A stretch of 64,000 nt of DNA from Macrostomum lignano (taxonomy: Eukaryota): assembly GCA_002269645.1 (NCBI GenBank), contig NIVC01000709.1:400932-464931 (forward strand), read 5' to 3'. Numbering within the stretch: the stretch's first letter is position 1; each line of letters opens with the position of its first letter. The position numbers and the translations under genes are program-made. The notes under the pieces are model-generated. The model did no database searches, was not told the origin of the DNA, and saw only the letters and a program-made list of their open reading frames with translations. This document shows positions 35,766 to 47,029 of this stretch, in pieces.

Positions 35766-38700
35766 CGAGGCCAACTCCTCCGATGGAGGAGAAAGGGGAA
35801 GAACTCCCATCACCGGAATTCCATTCCCTGAACTCCATCAGCTGAATCCCAAGACCCGAATCCCATTATCTAACTGTTCTCCAAATCCATCAAAATCCTC
35901 TCTGTGAAACTGAACACGATCGAAATCCTCTCCGCGAAACAGAAATCCTCTCCGTGAAACTGGACTCAATCGAAAGTTTCTCCGTCAAACAACTAAACTC
36001 TCAGGATTCAGTGGTTAGGGTTAGGGTTAGGGTTGGAGCTGCACAGAGCTGCGTGTTGAAAAGGTCCGATAAAAAATGAGATAATTGAATCAAAAGATTG
36101 CGCAATTTACGCTCGTATTTCTAAGTCAGTCAGTATCAGTCTCAGTTAAAGTTAACAAAAATATTGCGCAATCTAAATCAACCCTCCATCCAATACACAG
36201 CGACCGACCCCCTTCCAATACGCAGTGGCAATTAGAAATTGAACCCCCCCCCAACTGTTGGGGGGTCAGTCGAACACCATTGAACTCCTAAAATGAGTAC
36301 AATCTTTGCAATAAGTTAAAAGTATGGAAATAGTTTTTCCAATGCAGAGCATTTAGTTTTCATATTTAAAGCAAACAATTTATATCCCCGAACTCAGCGT
36401 TGCAAGTTCTTTCCAGCAATATAAGTCTCTCCTCTCAAAGTTAAAAACTCCAGCAACAGTCTGAGTTTGAAATTTGCCGATTTATAGCATTGCAATATTG
36501 AGTGTACGTTCATACGTTCACTGCCTGCTAAAGAGGCCCGCAAGTTTATTCATTGAATTTCACTGTCTAACCAATGCACAGGGCAGTCAATTGAAAGGCG
36601 CTGATAATAAAACCAATTGAATCTCAGCACAATAGCCATATAATTGCGCTTACTTACCCACCACCCCACGAAATACACACAGTTCAATTTTTCAGCCGGG
36701 GTCCGCTTGTACACACGCTGCCACTGAGAACGCGACCAACCCCCACTGGCGAGAAAATACACTACAGAGATAGGAGAAAGTTGTGGCGCAATCGCTCAAA
36801 ATCATGCAAATTTTCGGCTCCGAGCAGAAAAAGTGTCCAGAGAAGGTTAGGAAATCAGTTTTCTGCTTTTTTAGGGATCTTAAAATGTGAAAATAAAAAA
36901 TTGAAATAGCCCACTGCAGTCCCCGGAAAATTTGCAGTTTCCCCATATAAGTTTCAACGCTGACTTGCAAGTATTCTAGGAGGAGTTATGCAACACACAA
37001 ACAAACAGACAAACAAACAAACAATCATCGCACCAACTTTAGTATTAGGACGAGTGGAACTCCTCCTTCGGAGGAGAAAGGGGAAGAACTCCCATCACCG
37101 GAATTCCATTCCCTGAATTATCCATCAACTGAAATTCCATGTCTTGAATCCCATCTTCCAAATCGTCTCCAAATTCTTTACAAACCTTTCAAAGACCATA
37201 GCTCAAAGACTCTTACGTCTCTCATATCTACTCTCTCCTCTCTTCGCTATTATCGTGACTCGCTTCTCTCTCCTCTCTCTCATCTCATCTCTACCCCTAC
37301 TCTCTTATTTATCTCTACTCCCTTATTTATCTCTTCTCCCTCGTCTTTCGTCTTTCTCTCCTCCCTCTCCTGTCTACTCTCCTATCTTCTATCTTATCTC
37401 TCCCCTTTTCTCTCCTCTCTCATATCTCATCTCTAATCACTTATCTATCGTCTCCGCTCTACTTTCTCTCTTCCCTTTTCTCTCTTCTCTCTGCTCTCAT
37501 TTCTCGTATCTCTTATACGCTCTCAACCTCTCCTTTCTTATCTCCCATTTTTCTTCCCTCCTTTCTACTGCATCACCTGTCTCCTCTCCTCTCTTTTCTC
37601 TCCTCTCCATTCTCTCTTCTCTCCTCTCATCTCCCCTCATCTCTTCTCTAATCTCTAATCTCTTCTCTCTCTTATTTTCTCACTCATCTCTTCTCTAATC
37701 TCTAATCTCTTCTCTCTCTTATTTTCTCACTCATCTCTTTTCTCATTGCATCTCTCATCTCTCCTCTCTCTCTCCTCTCATCTGTACTATCTTATTTATC
37801 TCTTCTCCCAGGTCTTTCAAATTTACTCTCTCCTGTCTCCTCTCTCCCCTCGTCTTTCCTCTCTCATATCTCTTCTCTACTCACTTATCTATTCTCTCTC
37901 CTCTGCTCCCTTTTACACTCCTACTGCTCTCACTCTCACCCTCCTCTCTGCACTCTCATCTTTACCCTCTTCTTTCTCCTCACTACTTTCTTCTCTTAAA
38001 TCTCTGATCTCTGATCTTTCATCTCTCTCCTCTCACCTCTCACCTCTCTCCTCTCTTTCCTCTCTTCTATTGCCTCTGTACGCTCTTATCCCTCCTTTCT
38101 TCTCTCTCCTGTCTCCTCTCTGCTATCTCATATCTCCTCTCTCATATCCTCTCTCTTCATCTCCTCTCTCCTCTTCTCTTCTCTCTCCTTCGTTCCCGCC
38201 TTACTCCCCTCTTCTCTCCCATCTGTCATGTCTAATTTCTCTACTCATTTCTACTCTGTTTTCTATCATCTCATCTCTCTTCTCTTTTCATTCTTCTCTT
38301 TACTCTCTTCTCTGACTGATTGAAGATGCCAAATCTATCAAGATCTTCTCCGCGAAGCAGAAATCCTGTCCGTGCAACTGAAAACCATCGAAATCCTCTT
38401 CGTGAAACTGGACTCCTTCGAAATCCTCTCCGTGAAACTGGACTCCTTCGAAATCCTCTCCTTGAAACTTAAATCCATCAAAATCGTCTCCATAAAACAG
38501 AAATCAATCGTATATTATCTCCGCGAAACAGAAATCCTCTCCGTGAAGCTGAACATCATCGAAATCCTCTCCGTGAAACTGAACACCATCGAAATCCTCT
38601 CCACGAAACAGAAATCCTCTCCGTCAAAATTAAAACATTGAAATCGTCTCCGCTAAACTGGACTCAATCGATTTTTTTCCGTCAAACAACTCAACTCTCC

Positions 38701-41700
38701 GGATTCATTGGTTAGGGTTAGGGTTAGGGTTAGGGTTAGAACTGCGCACAGCTTCGTGTTAAAAGGCACTGATAAAAATATTGAACTAATTGAATCAATT
38801 CATTGCGCAACTGATTTCACAGTCAGTCAGTCAATCTAAATCAACCCTCCAATACACAGCAGCAGTGAGAAGTTGAACCCTCCCCCAACTTTATCTATTA
38901 CGTCTCGCAAAACTGATTACAATTTTTGCAAAAAGTTAAAAGTATGGGAATAGTTTTCCCAATGAAAAGCTTTTAGTTTTCATATATAAAGCAAACAACT
39001 TATATCCCAGAACTCAGCGTTGCAAGATCTTTCCAGCAATATAAGTTTCTCCTCTCAAAGTTTAAAACTCGAGGAACAGTTAGCGTTTGAAATTTACCGA
39101 TCTCCCGACTGCTTGCTAGAGAAGCTCGCAATTCATTGAATTTCACTGCTAAGCTAATACACAGGGATGCCTATGGAGAAAAAAGGCGCCAATAATAAAA
39201 CCAATTGAATCTCGACACAGTCCTGATTCCTATCTATCTGTTTACACTGTACAACTGCTATGTACACTCAGCCCAAGCCCAACCCCCCGTTCTGGGGGAA
39301 GCATTAAATTTAACTGAACCCCCCCAACACGCGGGGGGTTTTATTTCCACTCGCACCCACCACCCCTCAATACACAGCGGCCCGCGGGCGGAGGTTGGGG
39401 TGGCTATTTTTACAAACTGGCTGCAGCCCAGGCAGAGTGGCCAAAGAAGGTTATTGGGGGTTAAAAAAGCAGTTTTCTGCTTTTTTAGGGATGTTAAAAT
39501 GTGAAAATTAAAAATTAAAATAGTCTAAAGCCTGATACGGAAAATTTGCAATTTTCCCATATAAGTTTCGACGCTGACTTGCAAGTATTGTAGGAGTTCA
39601 CTTGCAACACACACACACACAGACAAACATCGCGTCAGTTTTAGTATTAGGGACGAGTGGAACTCCTCCTTTGGAGGAGAAAGGGGAAGAACTCCCATCA
39701 CCGGAATTCCATTCCCTGAATTATCCATCAACTGAAATTCCATGTCTTGAATCCCATCTTCCAAATCGTCTCCAAATTCTTTACAAACCTTTCAAAGACC
39801 ATAGCTCAAAGACTCTTACGTCTCTCATATCTACTCTCTCCTCTCTTCGCTATTATCGTGACTCGCTTCTCTCTCCTCTCTCTCATCTCATCTCTACCCC
39901 TACTCTCTTATTTATCTCTACTCCCTTATTTATCTCTTCTCCCTCGTCTTTCGTCTTTCTCTTCTCCCTCTCCTGTTTACTCTCCTATCTTCTATCTTAT
40001 CTCTCCCCTTTTCTCTCCTCTCTCATATCTCATCTCTAATCACTTATCTATCGTCTCCGCTCTACTTTCTCTCTTCCCTTTTCTCTCTTCTCTCTGCTCT
40101 CATTTCTCGTATCTCTTATACGCTCTCAACCTCTCCTTTCTTATCTCCCATTTTTCTTCCCTCCTTTCTACTGCATCACCTGTCTCTTCTCCTCTCTTTT
40201 CTCTCCTCTCTTTTCTCTCCTCTCCATTCTCTCTTCTCTCCTCTCATCTCCCCTCATCTCTTCTCTAATCTCTAATCTCTTCTCTCTCTTATTTTCTCAC
40301 TCATCTCTTTTCTCATTGCATCTCTCATCTCTCCTCTCTCTCCTCTCATCTGTACTATCTTATTTATCTCTTCTCCCAGGTCTTTCAAATTTACTCTCTC
40401 CTGTCTCCTCTCTCCCTCGTCTTTCCTCTCTCATATCTCTTCTCTACTCACTTATCTATTCTCTCTCCTCTGCTCCCCTTTTACACTTTCCTATATGCTT
40501 TCACTCTCACCCTCCCCTTTCTTATCTGCTGTTTTTACACTCCTTTCTACCACCTGTCTCATCTCGTTTCTCTCCTCTCTGCACTCTCATCTTTACCCTC
40601 TTCTTTCTCCTCACTACTTTCTTCTCTTAAATCTCTGATCTCTGATCTTTCATCTCTCTCCTCTCACCTCTCACCTCTCTCCTCTCTTTCCTCTCTTCTA
40701 TTGCCTCTGTACGCTCTTATCCCTCCTTTCTTCTCTCTCCTGTCTCCTCTCTGCTATCTCATATCTCCTCTCTCATATCCTCTCTCTTCATCTCCTCTCT
40801 CCTCTTCTCTTCTCTCTCCTTCGTTCCCGCCTTACTCCCCTCTTCTCTCCCATCTGTCATGTCTAATCTCTCCACTCATTTCTACTCTGTTTTCTATCAT
40901 CTCATCTCTCTTCTCTTTTCATTCTTCTCTTTACTCTCTTCTCTGACTGATTGAAGATGCCAAATCCATCAAGATCCTCTCCGCGAAGCAGAAAAATCCT
41001 GTCCGTGCAACTGAAAACCATCGAAATCCTCTCCGTGAAACTGGACTCCTTCGAAATCCTCTCCTTGAAACTTAAATCCATCAAAATGGTCTCCATAAAA
41101 CAGAAATCAATCATAAATTATCTCCGCGAAACAGAAATCCTCTCCGTGAAGCTGAACATCATCGAAATCCTCTCCGTGAAACTGAACATCATCGAAATCC
41201 TTTCCACGAAACTGAACACCATTGAAATCCTCTCCACGAAACTGAACACCATCGAAATCCTCTCCACGAAACTGAACACCATCGAAATCCTCTCCACGAA
41301 ACAGAAATCCTCTTCGTCAAAATTAAAACATTGAAATCGTCTCTGCTAAACTGGACTCAATCGAATTTTTTCCGTCAAACAACTCAACTCTCCGGATTCA
41401 TTGGTTAGGGTTAGGGTTAGGGTTAGGGTTAGAACTACGCACTGCTTCGTGTTAAAAGGCACTGATAAAAATATTAAACTAATTGAATCAATTCATTGCG
41501 CAACTGATTTCACAGTCAGTCAGTCAATCTAGCCTATGGAGAGAAAAAAGGCGCCAATAATAAAACCAATTGAATCTCGACACAGTCCTATCTATTTACA
41601 CTGTACAACTGCTATGTACACTCAGCCCAAGCCCAACCCCCGTTCTGGGGGAAGCATTAAATTTAACTCGACCCCCAATACGCGGGGGGTTTTATTTGCA

Positions 41701-42026
41701 TTGAACGCAGAACACGCGCACCCACCACCCCTCAATACACAGCGGCCCGCGGGCGGAGGTAGGGGTGGCTATTTTTACAAACTGGCTGCAGCCCCAGTCA
41801 GAGTGGCCAAAGAAGGTTATTGGGGGTTAAAAAAGCAGTTTTCTGCGTTTTTAGGGATGTTAAAATGTGAAAATTAAAAATTAAAATAGCCTAAAGCCTG
41901 CTCCGGAAAATTTGCAGTTTTCCCATATAAGTTTCGACGCTGACTTGGCAGTATTGTAGGAGTTCACTTGCTACATACAGACAGACAGACAGACAAACAT
42001 CGCGTCGGTTTTAGTATTAGGAGAGA
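35766..42026 (-). mobile_element. Three head-to-tail copies of a non-autonomous Helitron-like element (35766-37050, 37051-39653, 39654-~42026)
   Basis: On the minus strand each copy starts TC(C)TAATACTAAA and ends with a 7-bp-stem hairpin CTCCTCC-N3-GGAGGAG 9 nt before a CTCG end. Junctions read CTCG|TC. No TIR or TSD. A CA/ACAA microsatellite lies near the 5' end, as in Lep1/DINE-type rolling-circle elements. Copies 2 and 3 are highly similar over >2 kb. Confidence 0.72.
36013..41432 (+). repeat. Three interstitial telomeric (TTAGGG)3-4 tracts at ~36015, ~38712 and ~41405, one per Helitron-like copy
   Basis: ggttagggttagggttagggtt in each copy, preceded by a degenerate 30-bp array (ATCGAAATCCTCTCC(A/G)(C/T)GAAACTGAACACC). 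Confidence 0.9.
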
Positions 42027-43079
42027 TTGTGGTTGTTTATTACAGAGAATGCAAAAATCCGAAAAGCTAGCTTGTTTTTTAATAAATATTATAATATACT
42101 CTACACATACATGTACGTGGTGCTGAGCGAAATAAATGACCACTATAGAAGTTACCATTTAATTTATCTTATTAGGACACCAAGAATTTACGTCCTGATA
42201 ACATCATTACACTTAGCTTCGCACCCAACAAAAATCTGAAGAGGGAAACAAATATTTGTTTGCATTCAGGTGCACTTATTAACTAGTCAGCATTACGTGA
42301 AGTCTAGTGTCTGTACGTGCTCAATTTAAAACTAAACAGTCTATTCTATGGATAAAAGTTTGCGCGGTAAAATTGTAATGCATGTAAATGTACGTTTAAG
42401 TGTTGCGTATTGCTACTGCATACATTACTGCAGTAGTGCTTCAGTGATTAATTTGACGTGGCTGCAAGCACCACAGTAGAAGCTACCGTGTAATTTGGTT
42501 TTGGGCTGCTGTTTAGTTAAGAAATTTATAGATATTACTAATACACTTAGCATCAAGGAAAAGAAACAGTAAGCAATAATAGTTTTAAAGTATATTATAC
42601 TAGATTTGTTACACGAAAGTGACGTTCTGATAACAGTGGTTGAGTTAGGATAATGAAGATAAATAAAATCTTTAGCAGCTGCGATATCCAACCGTGATCG
42701 GTCCGATAATTGTTTAATTAAAGTTTACACGGACAATAATTAAATAATAATTATTAACTACTTACAGTGAAACAAAAATTAAGCCTGAAGCTGACAGGAA
42801 GAAATACTTGATCGAGAGCACAATGGTTGCAGTGCAATCTGCACTTAAAGAACTTATGGGCAAAAACTACTCAAAAAATCTGAAAATGAAACGAGTCTAC
42901 ATTTATAAGGTAAAAATGAAATATTATCGAAGCCTAAGAAGCTGCGTGAAGCACATTGGCAAAAGCAAAAAATATCCCTGCACCGATGCAAATTAGCAGA
43001 AAAAAATTATGAGAAGGATTAGCAATGTTCGCTAGTATTGTAAGATTCTGCGTTCAGAGTTATGGTGGCTAAGGAAATG

Positions 43080-43960
43080 GAGAGATCAGAGGGGAGATAT
43101 AGGAAGGGGAGATCAGAAGGGGGAGATCCAAAAGGGAGATGAGAAGGGGGATCTGAGGGGAGATAAAAAGGGGTAGATTGGAAGGGAAGATCGGAAGGGG
43201 AAGATCGGAGGGGAGATGGGAAAGGGAGATCGGAGGGAGATGGGAAAGGGGGATCGGAGGGGAGATGGGAAAGGGAGATCGGAGGGGAGATGGGAAAAGG
43301 GGATCGGAGGGGAGATGGGAAAGGGAGATCGGAGAGGAGATGGGAAAGGGGGATCGGAGGGGAGATGGGAAAGGGAGATCGGAGGGGAGATGGGAAAGGG
43401 GGATCGGAGGGGAGATGGGAAAGGGAGATCGGAGGGGAGATGGGAAAGGGAGATCGGAGGGAGATGGGAAAGGGAGATCGGAGGGGAGATGGGAAGGGAA
43501 GGTGGAAAGGGGGAGATCGGAGGGGAGATGGGAAAAGGGGATCGGAGGGGAGATGGGAAAGGGGGATCGGAGGGGAAATGGGAGAGGGAGATCGGAGGGG
43601 AGGGGAGGGGGGGGGGGGGGGGTCGGAGGGGAAGGGGGATCGGAGGGGAGATGGGAAAGGGAGATCGGAGGGGAGATGGGAAAGGGAGATCGGAGGGGAG
43701 ATGGGAAGGGAAGGTGGAAAGGGGAGATCGGAGGGGAGATAGGAAAGGGAGATCGGAGGGGAGATGGGGGGGTCGGAGGGGAGATGGGGGGGTCGGAGGG
43801 GAGATGGGGGGGTCGGAGGGGAGATGGGAAAGGGAGATCGGAGGGGAGATGGGAAAGGGAGATCGGAGGGGAGATGGGAAGGGAAGGTGGAAAGGGGGAG
43901 ATCGGAAGGGAGAGATCGGAGGGAGATGGCAAGAGGAGATGGGAAGGGGAGATGGGATTG
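43080..43960. repeat. G/A-rich ~25-bp minisatellite (GGGAGATCGGAGGGGAGATGGGAAA) downstream of the CDR2-like stop
   Basis: Direct reading. Confidence 0.93.
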
Positions 43961-44052
43961 GGAGATCTCGGAAAGGGACAGCAAGCAAAGCAGCCGGTCC
44001 ACCAGGAGCCACAGGAAGGACAGTCAGCACTATCAATTCAGCAGCCGCAGTC

Positions 44053-47029
44053 TCATTCCTCGTCCGGCCGCTCATCCAGCAGCAGCCGCAGGCGGGCCCG
44101 CGCCTCGGCAAAGATGGACCGGTAGGCGGGCTCGTGTTGCCCGCTGGCCAGCCGCCGGCGCTCCCTCCGGCCTACATCAGCGTCGGTGTCGGCGTCGGAC
44201 TCCGACAGCTCGGCGCCCTGCCGCTGTAGGCGAATCGTTGGCGGTGGCGCCGATGGTGCCGCCTCCCTGAGGCGTCGATTGCCGCTGGCGCCGGCAGACG
44301 CGGCGCCGTTCTGAAGTTGAAGCGGCAAGATTAGAGATTACTTGCGAGTCTTCTGTGCTGATTGAACGTGTTAACTTAATGATGGGATTCTCAGTAAAAG
44401 CGAAATGGAAATCAAGTGGAGGTCAGAAGATCGGAAGGGGAGGTCAGAAGATCGGAAGGGTAGGTCAGAAGATCGGAAGAGGAGGTCAGAAGATCAGAAG
44501 GGGAGGTCAGAAGATCGGAAGGGAGGTCAGAAGATCGGAGGGGGAGGTCAGAAGATCGGAAGGGGAGGTCAGAAGATCGGAAGGAGGTCAGAAGATCGGA
44601 GGGGGTGGTCAGAAGATCGGAAGGGGAGGTCAGAAGATTGAGGGGGTCAGAAGATCAGAAGGGAAGCTCAGAAGATCGAACGGGGAGGTCAGAAGATCGA
44701 ACGGGGAGGTCAGAAGATGATCGGGAAAGGTTTTCAAGGTGCAGAACCGATGAGGCGCCGCTCTGACCTCTCCGCGTGACTTCCGTTGCTCCTGATGCAG
44801 CGAAGCGGCGGGAATCTCAGGAGCCGCTGTTTCCGAAACAGCAACAGCAGCCGTCCGTCTCGGCCAGCTGCCGCGTCGCCGCCCCGCGGTCACCGGCCCA
44901 GAGCTGCGGTCTGGGACTGCAGCAGCCACTGCCGCCTTGTTGGCCTCGGCCAGCCGCCGGCGCAGGTCCTCAGCTCGAGTTTCGGCGGCGGCCTCCCGGC
45001 GGCCAGGGCCTCGACGCGCGCGGTCAGGCGGCGACGCTCCAGGCGCAGCAGGTCATTGCCGCGTTCCAACTCGGCGCAGTGCCGCTCGACCTCTTCGCAA
45101 GCGCGCGACCGGCCTTCGTCGAGGCGGCGCGCCGCTGCCAGGCTGGCGGCCAGCTGGGCGGCCTCGCGGGATCGGTCGGCGGCGGCGGCGCGGGCGCGGC
45201 GGAGGCGCGACGTAAGACGGCGATTGCGCTCGAGTAGCGCCTTGCCTATTTCGGGATTAGGAAAGGGGATTAGGAACAAGGGATTAGGAAAGGGGATTAG
45301 GAAAGGGGATTAGGAACAAGGGATTAGGCGATTAGGAACACGGGATTAGGAACAGGGGATTAGGCGATTAGGAACAGGGGATTAGGAACAGGGGATTAGG
45401 CGATTAGGAACAGGGGATTAGGAACAGGGATTTGGAACAGTGGATTAGGAACAGGGGTTAGGAACAGGGGATTAGGAACAGGGATTAGGAACAGGGGATT
45501 AGGAACAGGGGATTAGGAACAGGGGATTAGGAACAGGGGATTAGGAACAGGGGATTAGGAACAGGGGATTAGGAACAGGGGATTAGGAACAGGGATTAGG
45601 AACAGGGGATTAGGAACAGGGGATTAGGAACAGGGGATTAGGAACAGGGGATTAGGAACAGGGGATTAGGAACAGGGGATTAGGAACAGGGGATTAGGAA
45701 CAGGGGATTAGGAACAGGGGATAAGGAACAGGGGATTAGGAACAGGGATTAGGAACAGGGGATTAGGAACAGGGGATTAGGAACAGGGGATTAGGAACAG
45801 GGGATTAGGAACAGGGATTAGGAACAGGGGATTAGGAACAGGGGATTAGGAACAGGGGATTAGGAACAGGGGATTAGGAACAGGGGATTAGGAACAGGGG
45901 ATTAGGAACAGGGGATTAGGAACAGGGGATTAGGAACAGGGGATTAGGAACAGGGGATTAGGAACAGGGGATTAGGAACAGGGGATTAGGAACAGGGGAT
46001 TAGGAACAGGGGATTAGGAACAGGGGATTAGGAACAAGTGATTGGGAGCATGGCACTTGGAACAGGTGATTAGAAACGTGTATTAGGAACACGTAGTTAG
46101 GAACAGGGGATCAGGAACAGGGGATTAGGAACAGGGGATCAGGAACAGGGGATTAGGAACAGGGGATTAGGAACAGGGGATTAGGAACAGGGGATTAGGA
46201 ACACGTAGTTAGGAACAGGGGATCAGGAACAGGGGATTAGGAACAGGGGATCAGGAACAGGGGATTAGGAACAGGGGATTAGGAACAGGGGATTAGGAAC
46301 AGGGGATTAGGAACAGGGGATTAGGAACACGTAGTTAGGAACAGGGGATCAGGAACAGGGGATTAGGAACAGGGGATCAGGAACAGGGGATTAGGAACAG
46401 GGGATTAGGAACAGGGGATTAGGAACAGGGGATTAGGAACAGGGGATTAGGAACAAGTGATTGGGAGCATGGCACTTGGAACAGGTGATTAGAAACGTGT
46501 ATTAGGAACACGTAGTTAGGAACAGGGGATCAGGAACAGGTATTAGGAACATGGATTGGTAACCGGTGGATTCAGTGCATGGAATTAGCTGCTCATCCAT
46601 ATACTAAAAATGGTTTGTCTGTGCGTGTCTATGTGATCGATTAAAGAAAAATAAATGAACTAAAATTAGTACAATTAGTACAAACACATTATCGTATTGA
46701 CTATTGAACATGTAAATACCCAATTCGGCAGCCACAATGAGGTCATCCTGGTGCCACACGACGCGGTCAGCCAATGATGAGCACAAATCCTCGTCATCAT
46801 CTTCCCCATCTTCATTATCTTCATCATCATCATTCTCGTAGCCGTTGCCGTCGCCGTACACGCCGCTGCTGTGATGGTCATTGTTGGCAGCGCTGATTGC
46901 AAAATGGTGCGCACCATCATCCAGCTCGGGCGCCATATCGGTGGATTCGCAGCAGCCAGAGTCGTCAAAGGCCGCAGGGCCAAACTGCAGTGGACAATTC
47001 TGCTGTTGCTGCTGTTTAGCCATGGCCAT
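44053..47029 (-). CDS. CDR2: CDR2/CDR2L-family coiled-coil protein (HAP1_N-like, CC1 box); exons 46720-47029, 44768-45245, 44053-44310; one apparent 1-nt deletion at 44995-44997
   Basis: WHQDDLIVAAELG|KALLERNRRL matches CDR2 DLQLAAELGKTLLDRN; RACEEVERHCAELERGNDLL resembles KVYEQLDVTARELEETNQKL; the C-terminal PAYRSIFAEARARL resembles PEYKALFKEIF. Phases (1, 0) work only if one G is added to the sense GGG run, giving ..AAGEAAAETRAEDLRRRLAEANK. Confidence 0.82.
44415..44720. repeat. ~21-bp minisatellite (GGAGGTCAGAAGATCGGAAGG), CDR2-like intron 2
   Basis: Direct reading. Confidence 0.93.
45252..46560. repeat. 14-bp minisatellite (AGGAACAGGGGATT), ~85-90 copies, CDR2-like intron 1
   Basis: Direct reading; begins 5 nt from the acceptor at 45246-45247. 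Confidence 0.96.

Noticed and set aside
37144-41334. Duplicated Leu/Ser-rich ORFs resembling membrane proteins, and IEILSVKL ORFs resembling LRRs
   Set aside because: Translations of the polypyrimidine block and the 30-bp array inside the Helitron-like copies; no Rep/helicase motifs.
43019-44229. Several 290-340-aa Pro/Ser- or Gly/Arg-rich ORFs
   Set aside because: Products of the G/A-rich array.
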